From Octopus bimaculoides (lineage: Eukaryota): a stretch of DNA of 64,000 nt. A program made the translations under genes and the position numbers. Each line of letters begins with the position of its first letter. Position 1 is the first letter of the stretch. This document shows, one piece after another, positions 49,401 to 63,845 of the stretch. Location: contig NC_069003.1 in the NCBI RefSeq assembly GCF_001194135.2, forward strand, positions 12,471,524 to 12,535,523, given 5' to 3'. Under the pieces are notes generated by a model. It was not told the DNA's origin, ran no database searches, and saw only the letters and a program-made list of their open reading frames with translations.

Positions 49401-49909
49401 ATATCCGATGGGTGGGTTTATATGTGGCGTCACTTCTGGCTTATTTAACATTTTTTTCAATATATTTTACTTTCACTTTTTTATGACAATAAACGGTATG
49501 TTACCTCCACCAACCCACACACATGCGTATAGACAAACACATATGCAGGGAGAGAAAGAGAGAGAGACAGAGAGAAACATCGTCGAAATCGAAAGATTCA
49601 AATATCTATCTATCTACCTATCTATCTATTTATCTATCTATCTAAACATACACATACATACATATATACTCACACACATATAAGTGTGCGTGCGTGTATG
49701 TGCGCGCGCGCGTATGAATATATATATATATANNNNNNNNNNNNNNNNNNNNNNNNNNNNNNNNNNNNNNNNNNNNNNNNNNNNNNNNNNNNNNNNNNNN
49801 NNTTACACACCAACAAGTGTTTCATTACTTTTATACCTTATCAAAAAATTGAGATAGTGAAATACTTGAAAATTCGTTGAGTATTTACCTTCTTAAATAG
49901 ATAAACACA

Positions 49910-49961
<52 letters not shown>

Positions 49962-50669
49962 TATAATGTGTGTGTGTGTGCATGTATGTATGAATGTATG
50001 TATGTCTTGGCTACAAAAGCTGAGTGATTGAAGGGGTTTAGCTGCATAGATTAATAGCTTACTAGGTAAACAGAGTTTCATGGAGATAAAAGATTTATAT
50101 TTATTCTGAAATACTAAATAAATAAATAAAGGAAAACAGAAACCCTAGAGTAAGTTTTCATGTTGTTCTAAAGTGATGGTGGTATGATGGATTCAAGAAG
50201 GGAACGTCTACTTATTTTTAGAATGTCATTATTGGGTAGGTGCGAGAAGTGCCAGATTTGGTCAGTTTGAACACAAAGCATGTAGAATATTTTGGCCAGA
50301 TATGGCCACTTTAAATGCTAAAGGTTTAAAGCCATAAAGCCATTTTGCTTGTCCCTGAATTCCAGGATTAAAACTGACATTCTGAAATTCAGAGTATTTT
50401 ATATAATAAATAAAGGTTTATGGTTTTCCTACTTTATTTTCTTATAAATAATGAGTGGGTACTTAACCATACTCTAATCCTCCAACTGTTTGAAGATCAG
50501 AATCTTATTAAAGGGGAGAAAAGGATGTACATTGAACACAAGGAATAATGAGGTTATAAAAGTTATCCATGCAAGAACCTCTACCTCTGATACTTATAAG
50601 TTGATAGTTATTCTGGTTTTGAGCTTAAGCAATTATGATAAAGCTTACACATGCACAAAAACACATTAA

Positions 50670-50846
50670 CTATAGGTATGACTGTTTGGTAAGACACCTG
50701 CGTCCAAACCACATGGTCCAGGTTCAGTCCCACTGCATGACATCTTAGGCAAATGTCTTCCACTATAACCTCAGACCAACCAAAGCCTTGTGAGTAGATT
50801 TGGTAGACGGAAACTGAAAGAAACCCATCATATATGNNNNNNNNNN

Positions 50847-50900
<54 letters not shown>

Positions 50901-51190
50901 GCACATATATTTATCTATATACACATATATCTATCTATCTAAAGATACATACACACACACATATATATGTATGTATGTATATATCTGTGTGTGTGTCCTT
51001 GTATTTGTGTTTGTGTTTATACCCCACCACCGCTTGACACCTGGTGCTGGTTTGTTTACGTGCCCGTAAGCTAGCGGTTCGACACAAGAGATCAATAGAA
51101 TAAGTACCAGGCTTGAAAAAAAAATAGTACCGGGGTCGATTCATTGCACTAAAAAGTTCTTTAAGGCGGTGCCCCACCATGGCTGCAATA
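50670..51190 (+). mobile_element. tRNA-derived SINE with an expanded internal microsatellite
   Basis: Head and core at 50670-50830, microsatellite and gap at 50830-50985, tail at 50985-51190. Confidence 0.8.
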
Positions 51191-52990
51191 TACTCTATGC
51201 CGACTTTGTTTCTTCATAACTTTCAGAAAAATAAATATTATCTTTAAAGAAATTTTCTTCGAATACCTTTCAGATGGTGTAGATAACGATTATATAGGAA
51301 TTAAACTTGCGAAAAAAATACAAAAAATAAAAATAAATAAGATATGCATTATATATATACTCAAATATACTTAATTATACTCAAATACCTAAAATTTCAA
51401 GGAGTTCCTGCCTTAAAAACAGGAACTAAACCACAGTTATTTTGTGTTCTTTGCTACATTGGTTTCTATTAACCCATTTATTCTATCAGAAGAATTTTTA
51501 TTCATTAAGATAGCAGAAATACACNNNNNNNNNNNNNNNNNNNNNNNNNNNNNNNNNNNNNNNNNNNNNNNNNNNNNNNNNNNNNNNNNNNNNNNNNNNN
51601 NNNNNNNNNNNNNNNNNNNNNNNNNNNNNNNNNNNNNNNNNNNNNNNNNNNNNNNNNNNNNNNTATATATATATATATATATATATTCATTCAAAATTTC
51701 AACTTTCATTTTGTAGATTTATATCTATATAGTAATTCCAATATAGTCGTAGCTTACACTTTTTGAAAGATATTTGTAGAAAATTTCATTAAAAAATACC
51801 CATTTATCTTCAAGTTACGGGAAAACAAAGTCAGTGGGGCGGGGCACACTTGTGTAGGTATGCCATTATATCTATATATAAAATTCTGACAGAAGACAAC
51901 GTGACGAAACGGATATAATCCAGGTAAACAAAACGAGGAACTTTCTAACCAATATGACTCAGACATTTGACTGTTTACAGCATGACTGCTGCTGCAGTTG
52001 CTGCTATATATTACTTCCGATTGCTCTTTGCCTAGTTCCGGTTCAAGATGAATCAGTAATGAACCGGTATTGGTAATTTACCATATTCTTGTTCTTTCTC
52101 TCCCCCACTCCTTACAAAAAAATGTCACCTTCCTCTTTTATTACTCCTTACTCTTCTACTCAACCTCTCCATCTTAATTCCCTTGGTTTCATCGTCCTGT
52201 TGTTGTTGTTGTTCAACCCAAGGCAGGTCACATCGAGTAAATCGATGATCAAAAGCAGTGAAATCCTCAGAATCGTTAGAGCAAGCGTACAGAGTACCTT
52301 GCGGTATTTGCTCTGCCTTGTTGCAATATCAATTAAAATCGCATCGAAGCCGGCCTACTTTGCTTTTCATCCCTTCGACATTGATAAATAAAATACCAGT
52401 TAAATACTAGGCTCTTTCTCTCTGTACCTGTCTCTCTCTGTTCATCTTTCTCTCTCTCTCCCTCGCTCCTCTCTATCCCTTTCTCTCCTTTTCTTACTCT
52501 ATTACCTTCTTTCTCTCTTTTTAATTCTTTTCCTCTCTCTCTGCTTCTTTCTCTCTATCTTCCTTTCACTCTCTGTCTCTCCTCCGGAATAAGTTTCGTC
52601 GAAGGAACTTAGAAAGCAACATTCACATATCGATCCCCAACCAATCCTTCCACCAACACTATTCCTACATTTCTATGAATACACGAAGAAAGAAGTCATT
52701 CCATTTACGACCTATTTCAGACCCAGTACACATGTCAAGTTATCATATATATCGTTTATTTTCACCCTACTTAAGATGCTAAGATGTGATGTTATGAAAA
52801 TGATTTGACTGCTATTTCTAACCTGTGGACGGCCATATAGAGGCTTGTTCATTGCCGTGTCGTCAATCTCCTTTGTACTCGTTACTCTCAACCTTTCATT
52901 CAAACATTTCACCAACTGTCCCTTAAAAAATGAACTGCTCACCTATTAAGCTGTGAAGAGGAGAGAGAGAGGAATAATAATAAAGATTTC

Positions 52991-53350
52991 AAATTCTGGC
53001 ACAAGGCCAGCAATTTCAGGAGAGTTGGGTAAGTTGATTACATCGACTCCAAGGCTCAACTGGTATTTGTTTTATCGACTTCGGAAAGAAGAAAAGCAGA
53101 GTCGACCTCGGCGGAATTTGAACTCAGGACGGACGAAATGCCGCTAAGTATTTTGCCCGGCGTGCTAACGATTCTGTCAGCTCGCCGCCTTATATAATCC
53201 TTTCTACTATTGGCACAAGGCCTGAAATTTGGTTGAGGGGGATAGTTGATTGACTGGTACTTTAATTTATCAACCCCGAAAGGCAAAGTCGACCTCAGAG
53301 GGATTTGAGCTTAGAACGCACGGATTCGGGAATAAATACCACAAAGTTTT
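52991..53350 (-). mobile_element. Two tandem Deu/Nin-like SINE copies
   Basis: ggcacaaggcc..aaagtcgacctc..gaatttgaactcag occurs at about 53000-53190 and again at 53200-53350. Confidence 0.8.
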
Positions 53351-53887
53351 TCTCTGACGGTCTTACGATTTTTGCTTTCGTCAATAACATTAATGTAGTT
53401 GAGTGATCTTGGTCCTTTACAAGACTGGTGTATGGCACGATAGCAGTAATCAGCAAAGCCCTATCTGGCATTGAGCAATAACAGTAGGGATGGTTGGAAC
53501 GTATCCATAAATACTAGCTTGTATCCACATCGAAGGGGTCTTCTTGATTAGAAGCAGTTGTTTATCATTACTTTCCTGGTCTATTTTTAAGAATTTCATA
53601 ATAACGTTCTAATTAAGGCTTCCTTTAAACTTCTTCCAAAGTCATTTCGCTTCATACCTTGTCTTTAATAAAAGAGTTAGAAATGATAAGACATCGTTAG
53701 ACAACGAAATCAACAATTCGAAAGGCTTCAGGTATTCCTTTCTTGCAAACTATACAGAATTTGTATACTTTTACTTTGGCTGTGTTTCTAGAGAGTACGA
53801 CGCAAATCGAATTGTTGCAAGATCAGTCCGCTGTACCATCATGGAGTGAATGTCGATACGTTCCTGGCGTCAAAAAGTTTATAAATA

Positions 53888-54409
53888 CAGGGTGTCCCAG
53901 AATTAACTATTTTAGTGAAACCGGACAATTTTAAAAGAGAAAAACAAACTTTTATCTATGTTTATCACGTTTAATAGGTGTTAAAAGTGTATAAATTTAA
54001 AACTTTGTTTATAGTTTTATTTTTTAAAGATAATTTTATCTTCATTCCTGTTGAATCCCGCTTATCTGTCCACGACAACTTTTTTGCAATTTGGCCGCAA
54101 TAATTTTGTCTACCGCCATCTCCAGGATGCAGCAATAGTTTAGCTGAACTTCAAGAACACATTCAATTAGCAATACAGGAGATAACGCCTGAAATGCTTC
54201 AAAATGTCTGTCGCAACGCTAAGGATAGATTTATAATTTTCAGGGATACAGACGGAACACATGTTGAAAAATTTCAATAAAGTTTAGACTTAAGATTTAT
54301 AAATCCGTTTGTTTTGGATCATAATTAAGTAATAAACATAAAATTCTGTTAGTTTTTTTTTTATTTGCTCGATTTCATTGAAATTGATAGTTAATTCTGG
54401 GACACCCTG
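53888..54409 (+). mobile_element. Internally deleted Tc1/mariner-family element with perfect TIRs
   Basis: 23-bp perfect TIR cagggtgtcccagaattaactat / atagttaattctgggacaccctg with TA on both sides; internal remnant ..ELQEHIQLAIQEITPEMLQNV..DGTHVE resembles a transposase C-terminus. Confidence 0.88.
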
Positions 54410-54454
54410 TATATATTTTTTGAAAAATGTATATTAGCAACAGTATTAAAACAT

Positions 54455-54660
54455 TTCTACTCAAGGCCTGAAATTTTTGCGGAGAGGCGACCAGTCGATT
54501 ATATCGACCCCCAGAGATTTACTAGTACTTTATTTATTGACCCCGAAAGGATAAAAGGCAAAGTCAACCTCGGCGGAATTTGAACTCAGAACGTAAAGAC
54601 ATGAAATGCCGTTAAGCATTTTGCCCGATGTGCTAACGATTCTGCCAGCTCGCCACCTTG
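54455..54660 (-). mobile_element. Deu/Nin-like SINE
   Basis: Reverse complement of the 41853 copy. Confidence 0.85.
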
Positions 54661-55599
54661 CGGTAGGTTTAAAAAGTTTGATGCCATTGTCAGTATCAAT
54701 GATGGCGAATAGATTGTGCTTTATGTACTAGAGCAAATTTTGGAACAAATTTGAAAGGAAAACTAAGTTGGACAAGAAAAATTAGTACGACCAAAACAAA
54801 TTCCAAATTGCGGTTTTTATCGATGCTACAGCCTTGAGACAAATTTTGATAAAATTTGTTATTACATGATACAAAAATTTAATCCAAAGTAGAAGAATGA
54901 AAAAAACAACAACAAAAGCAAAAAATAAAACTGGCGGCAGCTTCAGCTAGTTGCTATTATTTAAGCGTGACTAATTAACGAAAACCCTTTTCATTGACAG
55001 CAACTGCAGAATAGCTACAATTATTTCACAAATAAACTGCTAAACTATTAAATACAACATGCATGAACGGACTATTTTAGGACGACACCAAAACTTACAA
55101 AAGAGATTTCGAGCAATTTAGAAAAATTTTAAACCGGAAAAAACAACCCATCTAAAATCAGGGCAGCTTTTATTCGTAAAAGCTGTCTTGTTGTGATAAA
55201 GCCGTTCGTTGGTAAGTTGGTTCTATTTATACCTACAATCTATCGTGAGTATTTAATCTTGGCGTAATCACCAAACAGTTTTTAAAAAGTGTTTGGTGAT
55301 TTGCGGGAGATTAGGCTGCTATTTCTAGTAGCTAATCAGGTGGACATGTCCCTTCTTTCCCCGTTGGGTCGCTTATGTCATCACAAACTACGACTTTTTA
55401 GTAATTTACTATAGAGAGATTATATGTGAAAGAACGTGGAATAGTGGTTAGTAGTATTGGGCTCATGATTTTAAAGGTCGAACATTGTACTAAGTTCGAG
55501 ATAGGCTTTAACTTTTAATTTACCGTGGTCAATACAATTGAAAAAACAATTGTGTCGTCTTAAGGCAAGTACTATAGGATCTTTCTGATTTGGCGGGCG

Positions 55600-55800
55600 C
55601 CACTTGTTTTCTTAACGAAACATTTTCAAACTTGGGACACTGGTAGAATGTGTCATATAAAACATCTTTTACTCTTAGTGTTATTGAGAAAATTTTATCC
55701 TTTCAAAGTTATTTCGTGTTAAAATTGTCGTATTTCGGTAATTTCAACCAATCACTGACGTCTATTGAGGTGAAAACAATTACTGCTGTGGAATGTAAAG
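55600..55800. repeat. Dispersed repeat (probable DNA-transposon fragment), with a second copy at about 58215-58400
   Basis: Shared aaact..ggatactggtagaatgtgtca..aagttatttcgtgttaaa..ggtaattt.aaccaatca.tgacgt. Confidence 0.7.
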
Positions 55801-58800
55801 AACACGTCCTAGTGGTGTAATGGGATCTTTTCCCTTGAATAAAATTAGTGCCGTTGTTTGTCAACAACAACTACCGGTGGTACTGTTATTTATGACATCG
55901 TTCGCCCGCCAGGGTCCAATTGATAGTGACTCGGATTCAGCAATGATTTATTATAGAAATACTATTGGGAAAATATGAAGATTACTACATCTCAACTGTA
56001 TATTCCTCCACTACAGCAGTAATTATAGTTATACGTAGTAGGATACCTAAGTTATGGTCTTGAAAATGGTGACATTGAATTGAAGAACTGGTCTTTGGGC
56101 AAACTTTCTGAATTGCTGACACGAATAAAATCGTATTTAATGTTAATAATTTTTTACCGGTATTTTTCATCTTTTTATATTTCACATTCTAAAACTCATG
56201 TAATTCGCATTGTATATAAAAAAGAAAAAGCAGATTTTTAAAACCTAACTCCGTATCTCTTAGTTAACTTTTTAGAGTAGCTGCCACAATTGAATTGAAT
56301 TTTTGTTTCTCTTGTTATTTTTCGTCATTCTAACATTCTCATATCTCACATTCGGAAACACTTGTAATTCACATTAAAAAAAAAAAAAAAATTATTCCAA
56401 AAATCCATGTATTTTCAAATTTCTTAATCCGTCCTTCTTGTATTTTATTATCCTATAATCATTTTCAGTCAGAGGATGTGGCCATGCTGGGGCACTGCAA
56501 CCCTGTCTCTAGAATCAATCCTAATGAAATAATGCGTTGGACAGAGCTGCCCATTTTTACGTTTCTTACCATTTGGTATATCAAGTAAACATGTGTAATT
56601 GTTTAAACACATCCACATCTACACCTCGTCGACCTCCGAGGCCTTTTTGGCAATCTTTTGAAAAGTTGTGGGTCTTTGGTCTTTAAGCGGTTACAGTATT
56701 GGGTTCAGACAGAGATGGCGGGAACTTCGGTGCTATGCAGTGGCACGAATATTTAAATGACTCTATTGAGCTGCTAAAAATATCAAAGACTTAGAGAAGT
56801 GAATGTGTGGAAAACCAAAGTTGGAATTTTGATACAAATATCTATAAAAGGATAATTTCTGTTGTTTGAAATGTAGAAATGACTATGTAAAAATTAACAC
56901 TTCCTTCTCCAAGCTTAGATTCGAAACCGAATCTAAGGATTCTCGTCGCCCAAACCACCACGATCAACAGGCACGAAAAAAAGGTTTTCTTTGTCCTGTC
57001 AAAAAAAAAAAAAAATGATAAATCATCTCCCTTTGACCTACGACCTCAGCCATGTCAGGCGAAGTTCAAATGGACAGGAGCTGACTTATTTCGGCACAAT
57101 CTCTTTCTGTAGTATGCCTGTCCTTCTAGCTGCCACAGTGGTTATAAAATACCGTGGTCAACAGAGAGATGGACAGAAAGGCCATACCACGCACGCAGAC
57201 AGACGGCTTTGGTAGACTACATTCTCAGATGCACGATGTATGTACACACACACACACACGCACAAACATTCAGTTCTGACATATCACCTCCATAGATGTG
57301 CCCTGTTTCTATGACTAGCAACTCGTAGCAGTTGTCTACAATTACATGTAGTGAAGCTTATTGTATACCAAAGGCAAATGCAAGTACAGTAAATAAATTA
57401 TTTTAACTATAAATCGATGTCATTTATTTGTTTACCCCAAAGGCTTCCACATGCCTATCACATTTGTTTACCTTAACACATACTGATACACTTTAACCAC
57501 TACAAATATTTTTAACTGTAGAAAACTAAGAATGAGGTAAACACTTGTAGCGTTCTTTCGTGTCAAAACTCGAGCTAGCAGACCTCCCGACCTATGACGT
57601 CATTCTCAGCAGTTTACGGGAATTTTTGTCTTAAAAAAAGGATGTATGTTATGTGCGTGTGTTCAGCAATTTCCAGCATATGAAAGACACTGTCGAACTC
57701 AGTCCAAAGACTGTAGCCATGCTGGGGCACTGTCAGTCGAAACGAAAGAGCACGACGAGAACGATCCTTCCATCGAAACCTCGTTCCAATCAACAAGGCC
57801 CTAAAAAAAAAGAATTTCCGTAAATTGCTGAGATTGACGCCAAAGCACTGGGAAATCAACTGACACAAGTTTTGACATTTGCCTTACTTAAGAACGCAAG
57901 AATGCTCTCCCTTGCCTTCTCTCTTTCCTTTAAAGCAACAGTTTGTCTAGCAACACCGTTTCTAGCTAAAACTGTCCATTTCCGTTTGACTTTTCTCTTC
58001 TCTCACGTTTTTCTCTTTTTAATTGAACAGGCGCAGGCTTAACAGAGTAGTTAAAAACTTCGCTTTGCAACCACGTAGTTTTAGGTTCAATTTTATTGAG
58101 CAGTACCTTGTAGCTTCGGAGCGACCAAACCCGTCAATGAATTTAGTAAACGGAAACGTTATGACTTCAAAAATTAGATCTATTCAATTTGACGGCCAGG
58201 TTTTTTAAAACTAATTTTGTTTTAACTAAGCACTTTGAAACTTTGGATACTGGTAGAATGTGTCACATAGAACAGAGTTTACTCCTAACGTTTTTGACAA
58301 AATTTTGTATTTTAGAAGTTATTTCGTGTTAAAGTTGTATTTGGGTAATTTTAACCAATCAATGACGTGTATTCAGCTGAAGAAAATTATTGCTGCTGCT
58401 GTTTGCGAACAACTTCCGGGTNNNNNNNNNNNNNNNNNNNNNNNNNNNNNNNNNNNNNNNNNNNNNNNNNNNNNNNNNNNNNNNNNNNNNNNNNNNNNNN
58501 NNNNNNNNNNNNNNNNNNNNNNNNNNNNNNNNNNNNNNNNNNNNNNNNNNNNNNNNNNNNNNNNNNNNNNNNNNNNNNNNNNNNNNNNNNNNNNNNNNNN
58601 NNNNNNNNNNNNNNNNNNNNNNNNNNNNNNNNNNNNNNNNNNNNNNNNNNNNNNNNNNNNNNNNNNNNNNNNNNNNNNNNNNNNNNNNNNNNNNNNNNNN
58701 NNNNNNNNNNNNNNNNNNNNNNNNNNNNNNNNNNNNNNNNNNNNNNNNNNNNNNNNNNNNNNNATATATGTATATATATACACACACACACACTAATGAT

Positions 58801-58934
58801 AGGCAGAAGTTACAGAATGACAATGGCCAAATTCGTGTTTGATAAGTGCCAATGATATATATATACATACATATATGTGTAAAAAAATCTCATCATGCAA
58901 TCGAACCAATGAAAGAGCCTCTACCTGGTTCTCG

Positions 58935-59603
58935 ACACGCTAAAAATAGCAGCCAAAGTATCCCCCTACCTAAATCACATGCCCATTGTACATAATGCCC
59001 TAGATTATCCCTAAAAAGACGGTTTACTGAAGGCTGGAATGTCTTTGACGATAGGTTTGCTGTATCAGGGTTGACTTGAGGCTAAATAACAACAAAATTA
59101 TGGTCCTTAGTGAAAATCGTGCGGGTGAAAAGATCAATGGTGTGTGTGTGTATGAGGGGAACTTCCGAGGCTTCCACCTCATCTCACCCCGTTTTTCGGA
59201 CCCCAAAAAGGGTTTTGTAGCATATTAGGAGGTCACAGGAATTCATTCAATGAAAAAAAAAAAAAAAAATTCCAATAATTCCAGGATGGAGGTGGGGGCG
59301 CCCCCATTTTTTCCGACCTAAAATAAGGGATTTGCAGCATATAAGGAGGTCAGGGTACTTGATTCCACGCAAAAAATCCAAGTTTTTTTTTTGTTTCTTA
59401 GTGAAAATCGTGCGGGTGTTGATATAGAAATTTACCATAATTTTGTTGTTATTTAGCCTCAAATCAAGCCTGATACAGCAAACCTATCATCAAAGACATT
59501 CCAGTCTTCAGCAAACCGTCTTTTTAGGGATAATCTAGGACATTACGTACAATGGGCGTGTGATTTAGGTAGGGGGATACTTTGGCTGCTATTTTTAGCG
59601 TGT
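58935..59603. repeat. 170-bp inverted repeat pair with a 329-bp spacer
   Basis: Arms 58935-59104 and 59434-59603; eight mismatches counted by eye. Confidence 0.92.
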
Positions 59604-60074
59604 TGATATCCTTAACTGAAGAATAACAGCGGATCGCTGGTTTCTTGGAGTCTTGCAGAGAATGATAACTGATCTATGATTTTGTCCTGTTTACGAAATG
59701 AAAATACGACACAGAAAATTCAATTTGATTGATATATCGATTAATTTAATAGGTATTATATCGATTTCTATTTGTTTTTGTTAATTTATCCCCCCGCAAC
59801 ACTGCCATGAGTTGTTCAAGTTGTCCAACAACACAGAATGGAATTCGAGAGAGCGGGGAATTAATGGCCGTATTTTCCGGTGTACAAATCGATGTAGTAT
59901 ATTGTGTAAGCATGTAGGATTAACCATCAAACATCGTCATTATCTTTTCAAATCCGATGATTTTCAAATGGAATATTTGGTCCTTCAAAGTCGTCTTGAT
60001 ATATAAATCTACCTACGTTTTCTTTTTAGCGGTGAATTTTGGTCTCAAAAATTCGAATTATATACTGGAAAAGA

Positions 60075-60305
60075 CGGTAAACATGTACTAGGCAGATAGA
60101 TGCTTCCCGAGCAATATGGGCGCATAGGACCGGTTTCATGGCTTCCGTGGCCTATATATTCCCCACTTGGACGGGACACTGGTCTGCGCAGGATTATTCA
60201 TATTTTGTCAGCTGAGTGGAGTGGAGCAAAACGAAACAAAGTGTTTTGCTGAAGAACACAACGCGTCGCCTGGTCCAGGAGTCGAAGCTACAATCTTGCA
60301 ATTGG
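60075..60305 (-). mobile_element. Meta-like SINE
   Basis: cagctgagtggagtggagcaaaacgaaacaaagtgttttgct..cacaacgcgtcgcctgg, similar to 39000-39244. Confidence 0.7.
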
Positions 60306-60599
60306 TCTCTAGAATCATCAACGGCATCTCTATAAAGGAAGCGTTCAGCAAAGAAACTAAATCCTCGAATACAAAATAAAGCTACGACGACGATGACGAA
60401 AGAAAAATACTATGTAAGGGAAATAACTCTAACATGAAAAGAAAAATCTATAATGTTAGGGTTGTTTCCCTTCAAATTTTAGTTTATAAGATTACGTGAT
60501 CGTTTCTGGTTAAATCCAATACTTTTTGTTTACTACATGACTTCACATATAGACCATAACCAGACATAAATAATGCAAATATATTTTCCCTTCCTCAAA

Positions 60600-61635
60600 G
60601 CTTTATTTACTTTTCACTTCCACATTGTTTTTCTCCGGTTTAAATCTGATCAAACTGGAGCGTTTGCTGTTCCGTTTTCTTTGGAAGGGACGAGTTGCAT
60701 TGGTCAGGCGCTTCATTCGCTGTGTGTAGTACTGGGCATGCCGTAACTGATGATGCATAAGCATGCGCTGGGGCTGGGTCTTTCCGGTGAATAGGTCTGG
60801 GCGCCGAGACGGGTATTTTCTCAGTTCAGCTCTTTGACAAAGCTGCAGCCCTGGATGAAGCAAAAACTAAAACTTAGCATCTAAAACATCGCCAAGAGTT
60901 CATAATCCTCTACTAGTCAGGTAATGCAATCGTAAATGATCCATCATGTCGTTCTGTGAAGGATTAGTGGCGAGGAAAAGCGACGACGGTATTGTGGGAA
61001 AATTTGGGCGTTGATGAAAATCAACTGGCTGGTCTTTTTCCGGAGGACTTTCGGGCCGGTACCCATGGATAATTTCCAAAAATCCCAGGCCTAGCAGTAC
61101 TACGTGGGTAGGCCGGGGACATTGTCGCTTCGAATGCAGGAGTGCTGACAGGCGGGCCTGTCCGAGATGCTGACTTGTGGAGTGATGTCGACCAGCTAAC
61201 CACGTATGGGGAGGAACAGGCAATCGGCCGAATCCATAATAGTGATTGCACCACCATCCTCCTTTAATTAGGCTGGCAAGGCAGTTTTCTTCTGCCTGGT
61301 GACTGTAGGGAAAAAAGACGAGGGTGTAATGTGGAGGACGAGACTGAAAGGTAATAAGGACAGAGGTTTCGCTTTGGTGAAGTTTCCATCGACTTCTTCC
61401 AAGTTTTTATTTGAAAAGGAAGACAAGGATGAAGAGGGTGGCGCCGTCGTCGAGCAAATTGATTGAAAGGTGGGTGAAAGTTGCAAAAATGGCAAGAGTG
61501 GATGGCATCACTCTGAGTACAGACCAGTGAGTCAGGGAAATGGAATTGGAAAAAGGCCCTTGGTGTGCAGAGAGATCTTGGACGGTGGGGTTCTTCCAGT
61601 GATCTCTAGACGTCCTCTTGTATTTGAAGGATTGC
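60600..61635 (+). mobile_element. L1/Tx1-clade LINE ORF2 C-terminal fragment and 3' UTR, decayed
   Basis: LIKLERLLFRFLWKG..V.R..LGMP, then TFG..MDNFQKS, a CPRC zinc knuckle, and WRTRLKG..LKRK..ERWVKVAKMAR; multiple stops and frameshifts; ends at (CAT)n. Confidence 0.75.
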
Positions 61636-62642
61636 ATCATCATCATCGTCGTCGTCGTCGCTGTCATCATCATCATCATCATCATTACTTCAATTTTTTT
61701 ATATTCATTTGTTTCTATGTCAATCTCTATACTTTATGTCCGTCTTTTTATCGTCCCCTTCTTCCGTTGTCCGTCTTTTTATCGTCNNNNNNNNNNNNNN
61801 NNNNNNNNNNNNNNNNNNNNNNNNNNNNNNNNNNNNNNNNNNNNNNNNNNNNNNNNNNNNNNNNNNNNNNNNNNNNNNNNNNNNNNCCCGGAGCTATGTG
61901 GCTGGTAAGCAAGCTACTTACCACACAGCCACTCCTTAACACAGAAATCATCATCATCATCGTCATCGTTGTTGTTGCAGTTGTTATTATTATTATCATT
62001 ATTATTATTAATATTATTATTATTATTATGTAAACTAAAGGTGGTTCCGCCATTCTCCACTGGGCCTCCGCCGCACACGGCAGCGGCGCCATGTTTGTTC
62101 TTTAAGTTTACTTCCTGACACAACTAGAAACACATGTTGCTGAAGAATTTCTGGAATACCTGAAGAAATAAATTCCTCACCGTGTGTTTGAGGATCAGGA
62201 GCAGGGGTGGGGGAGAGGAGCGTTCAGCTGGTGGTGGTGGTGGTGATAGCAATGGTGGTGATATGTTGTAATGATGATGTCTGATAGTTAACGTGGTGGC
62301 GGGGGGGATAGAGTGCTGATGTGTGTATGTGTGGTGGTAGTGGTGGTGGTAGTGGTGGTGTGAAATGTTTCTTCCAGTGAGTTTGCCCACCTACCTGAAA
62401 ACAACAACAACAACAATAACAACAATTTGTTGAGGTATTTATCAAACAAACTTCACCTTCATCTCTCCCTCCCCCTCTCTCGCTATTTCACTTTCCCCTT
62501 CTCANNNNNNNNNNNNNNNNNNNNNNNNNNNNNNNNNNNNNNNNNNNNNNNNNNNNNNNNNNNNNNNNNNNNNNNNNNNNNNNNNNNNNNNNNNNNNNNN
62601 NNNNNNNNNNNNNNNNNNNNNNNNNNNNNNNNNNNNNNNNNN

Positions 62643-62694
<52 letters not shown>

Positions 62695-62721
62695 CATTTA
62701 CATATGTATATATATGTATGT

Positions 62722-62757
<36 letters not shown>

Positions 62758-63164
62758 ATATATAAATGTATATGTGTGTATATATATTTACATATATGTA
62801 GGCACACACACAAATACATAAGTGTATATATACACATATATATATATATACACACACATACATGCACAAACTATATATATATATATATATATACATACAC
62901 ACATATAGTTGTATTTATGTATACATATATACGTGTATGTGTGTGTGTGTGTATGTGTATATTACAGATTCTTTTAACTGTGGAAGCAAATGATAAAAAT
63001 GTAAACACATTCCTTGTATGTTTTCCCTTTTGACGGACCGTTTAACGATTTGTTGACCACTCCTCAAAGAAGACCTACCGCAACTCCTCGGCTTATCGAT
63101 AGCATACGGTATTCACTTGCTACGAAAAATGCAGCGTGAATATAATGTTATACATACATTCTTT

Positions 63165-63845
<681 letters not shown>

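Noticed and set aside
57594-57603. Isolated perfect CRE ATGACGTCAT
   Set aside because: A single short motif with no supporting context.
61470-62033. 187-aa ORF with His and Ile runs
   Set aside because: It is made of a Tx1 3' end in an off-frame, (CAT)n, a gap and a SINE fragment.
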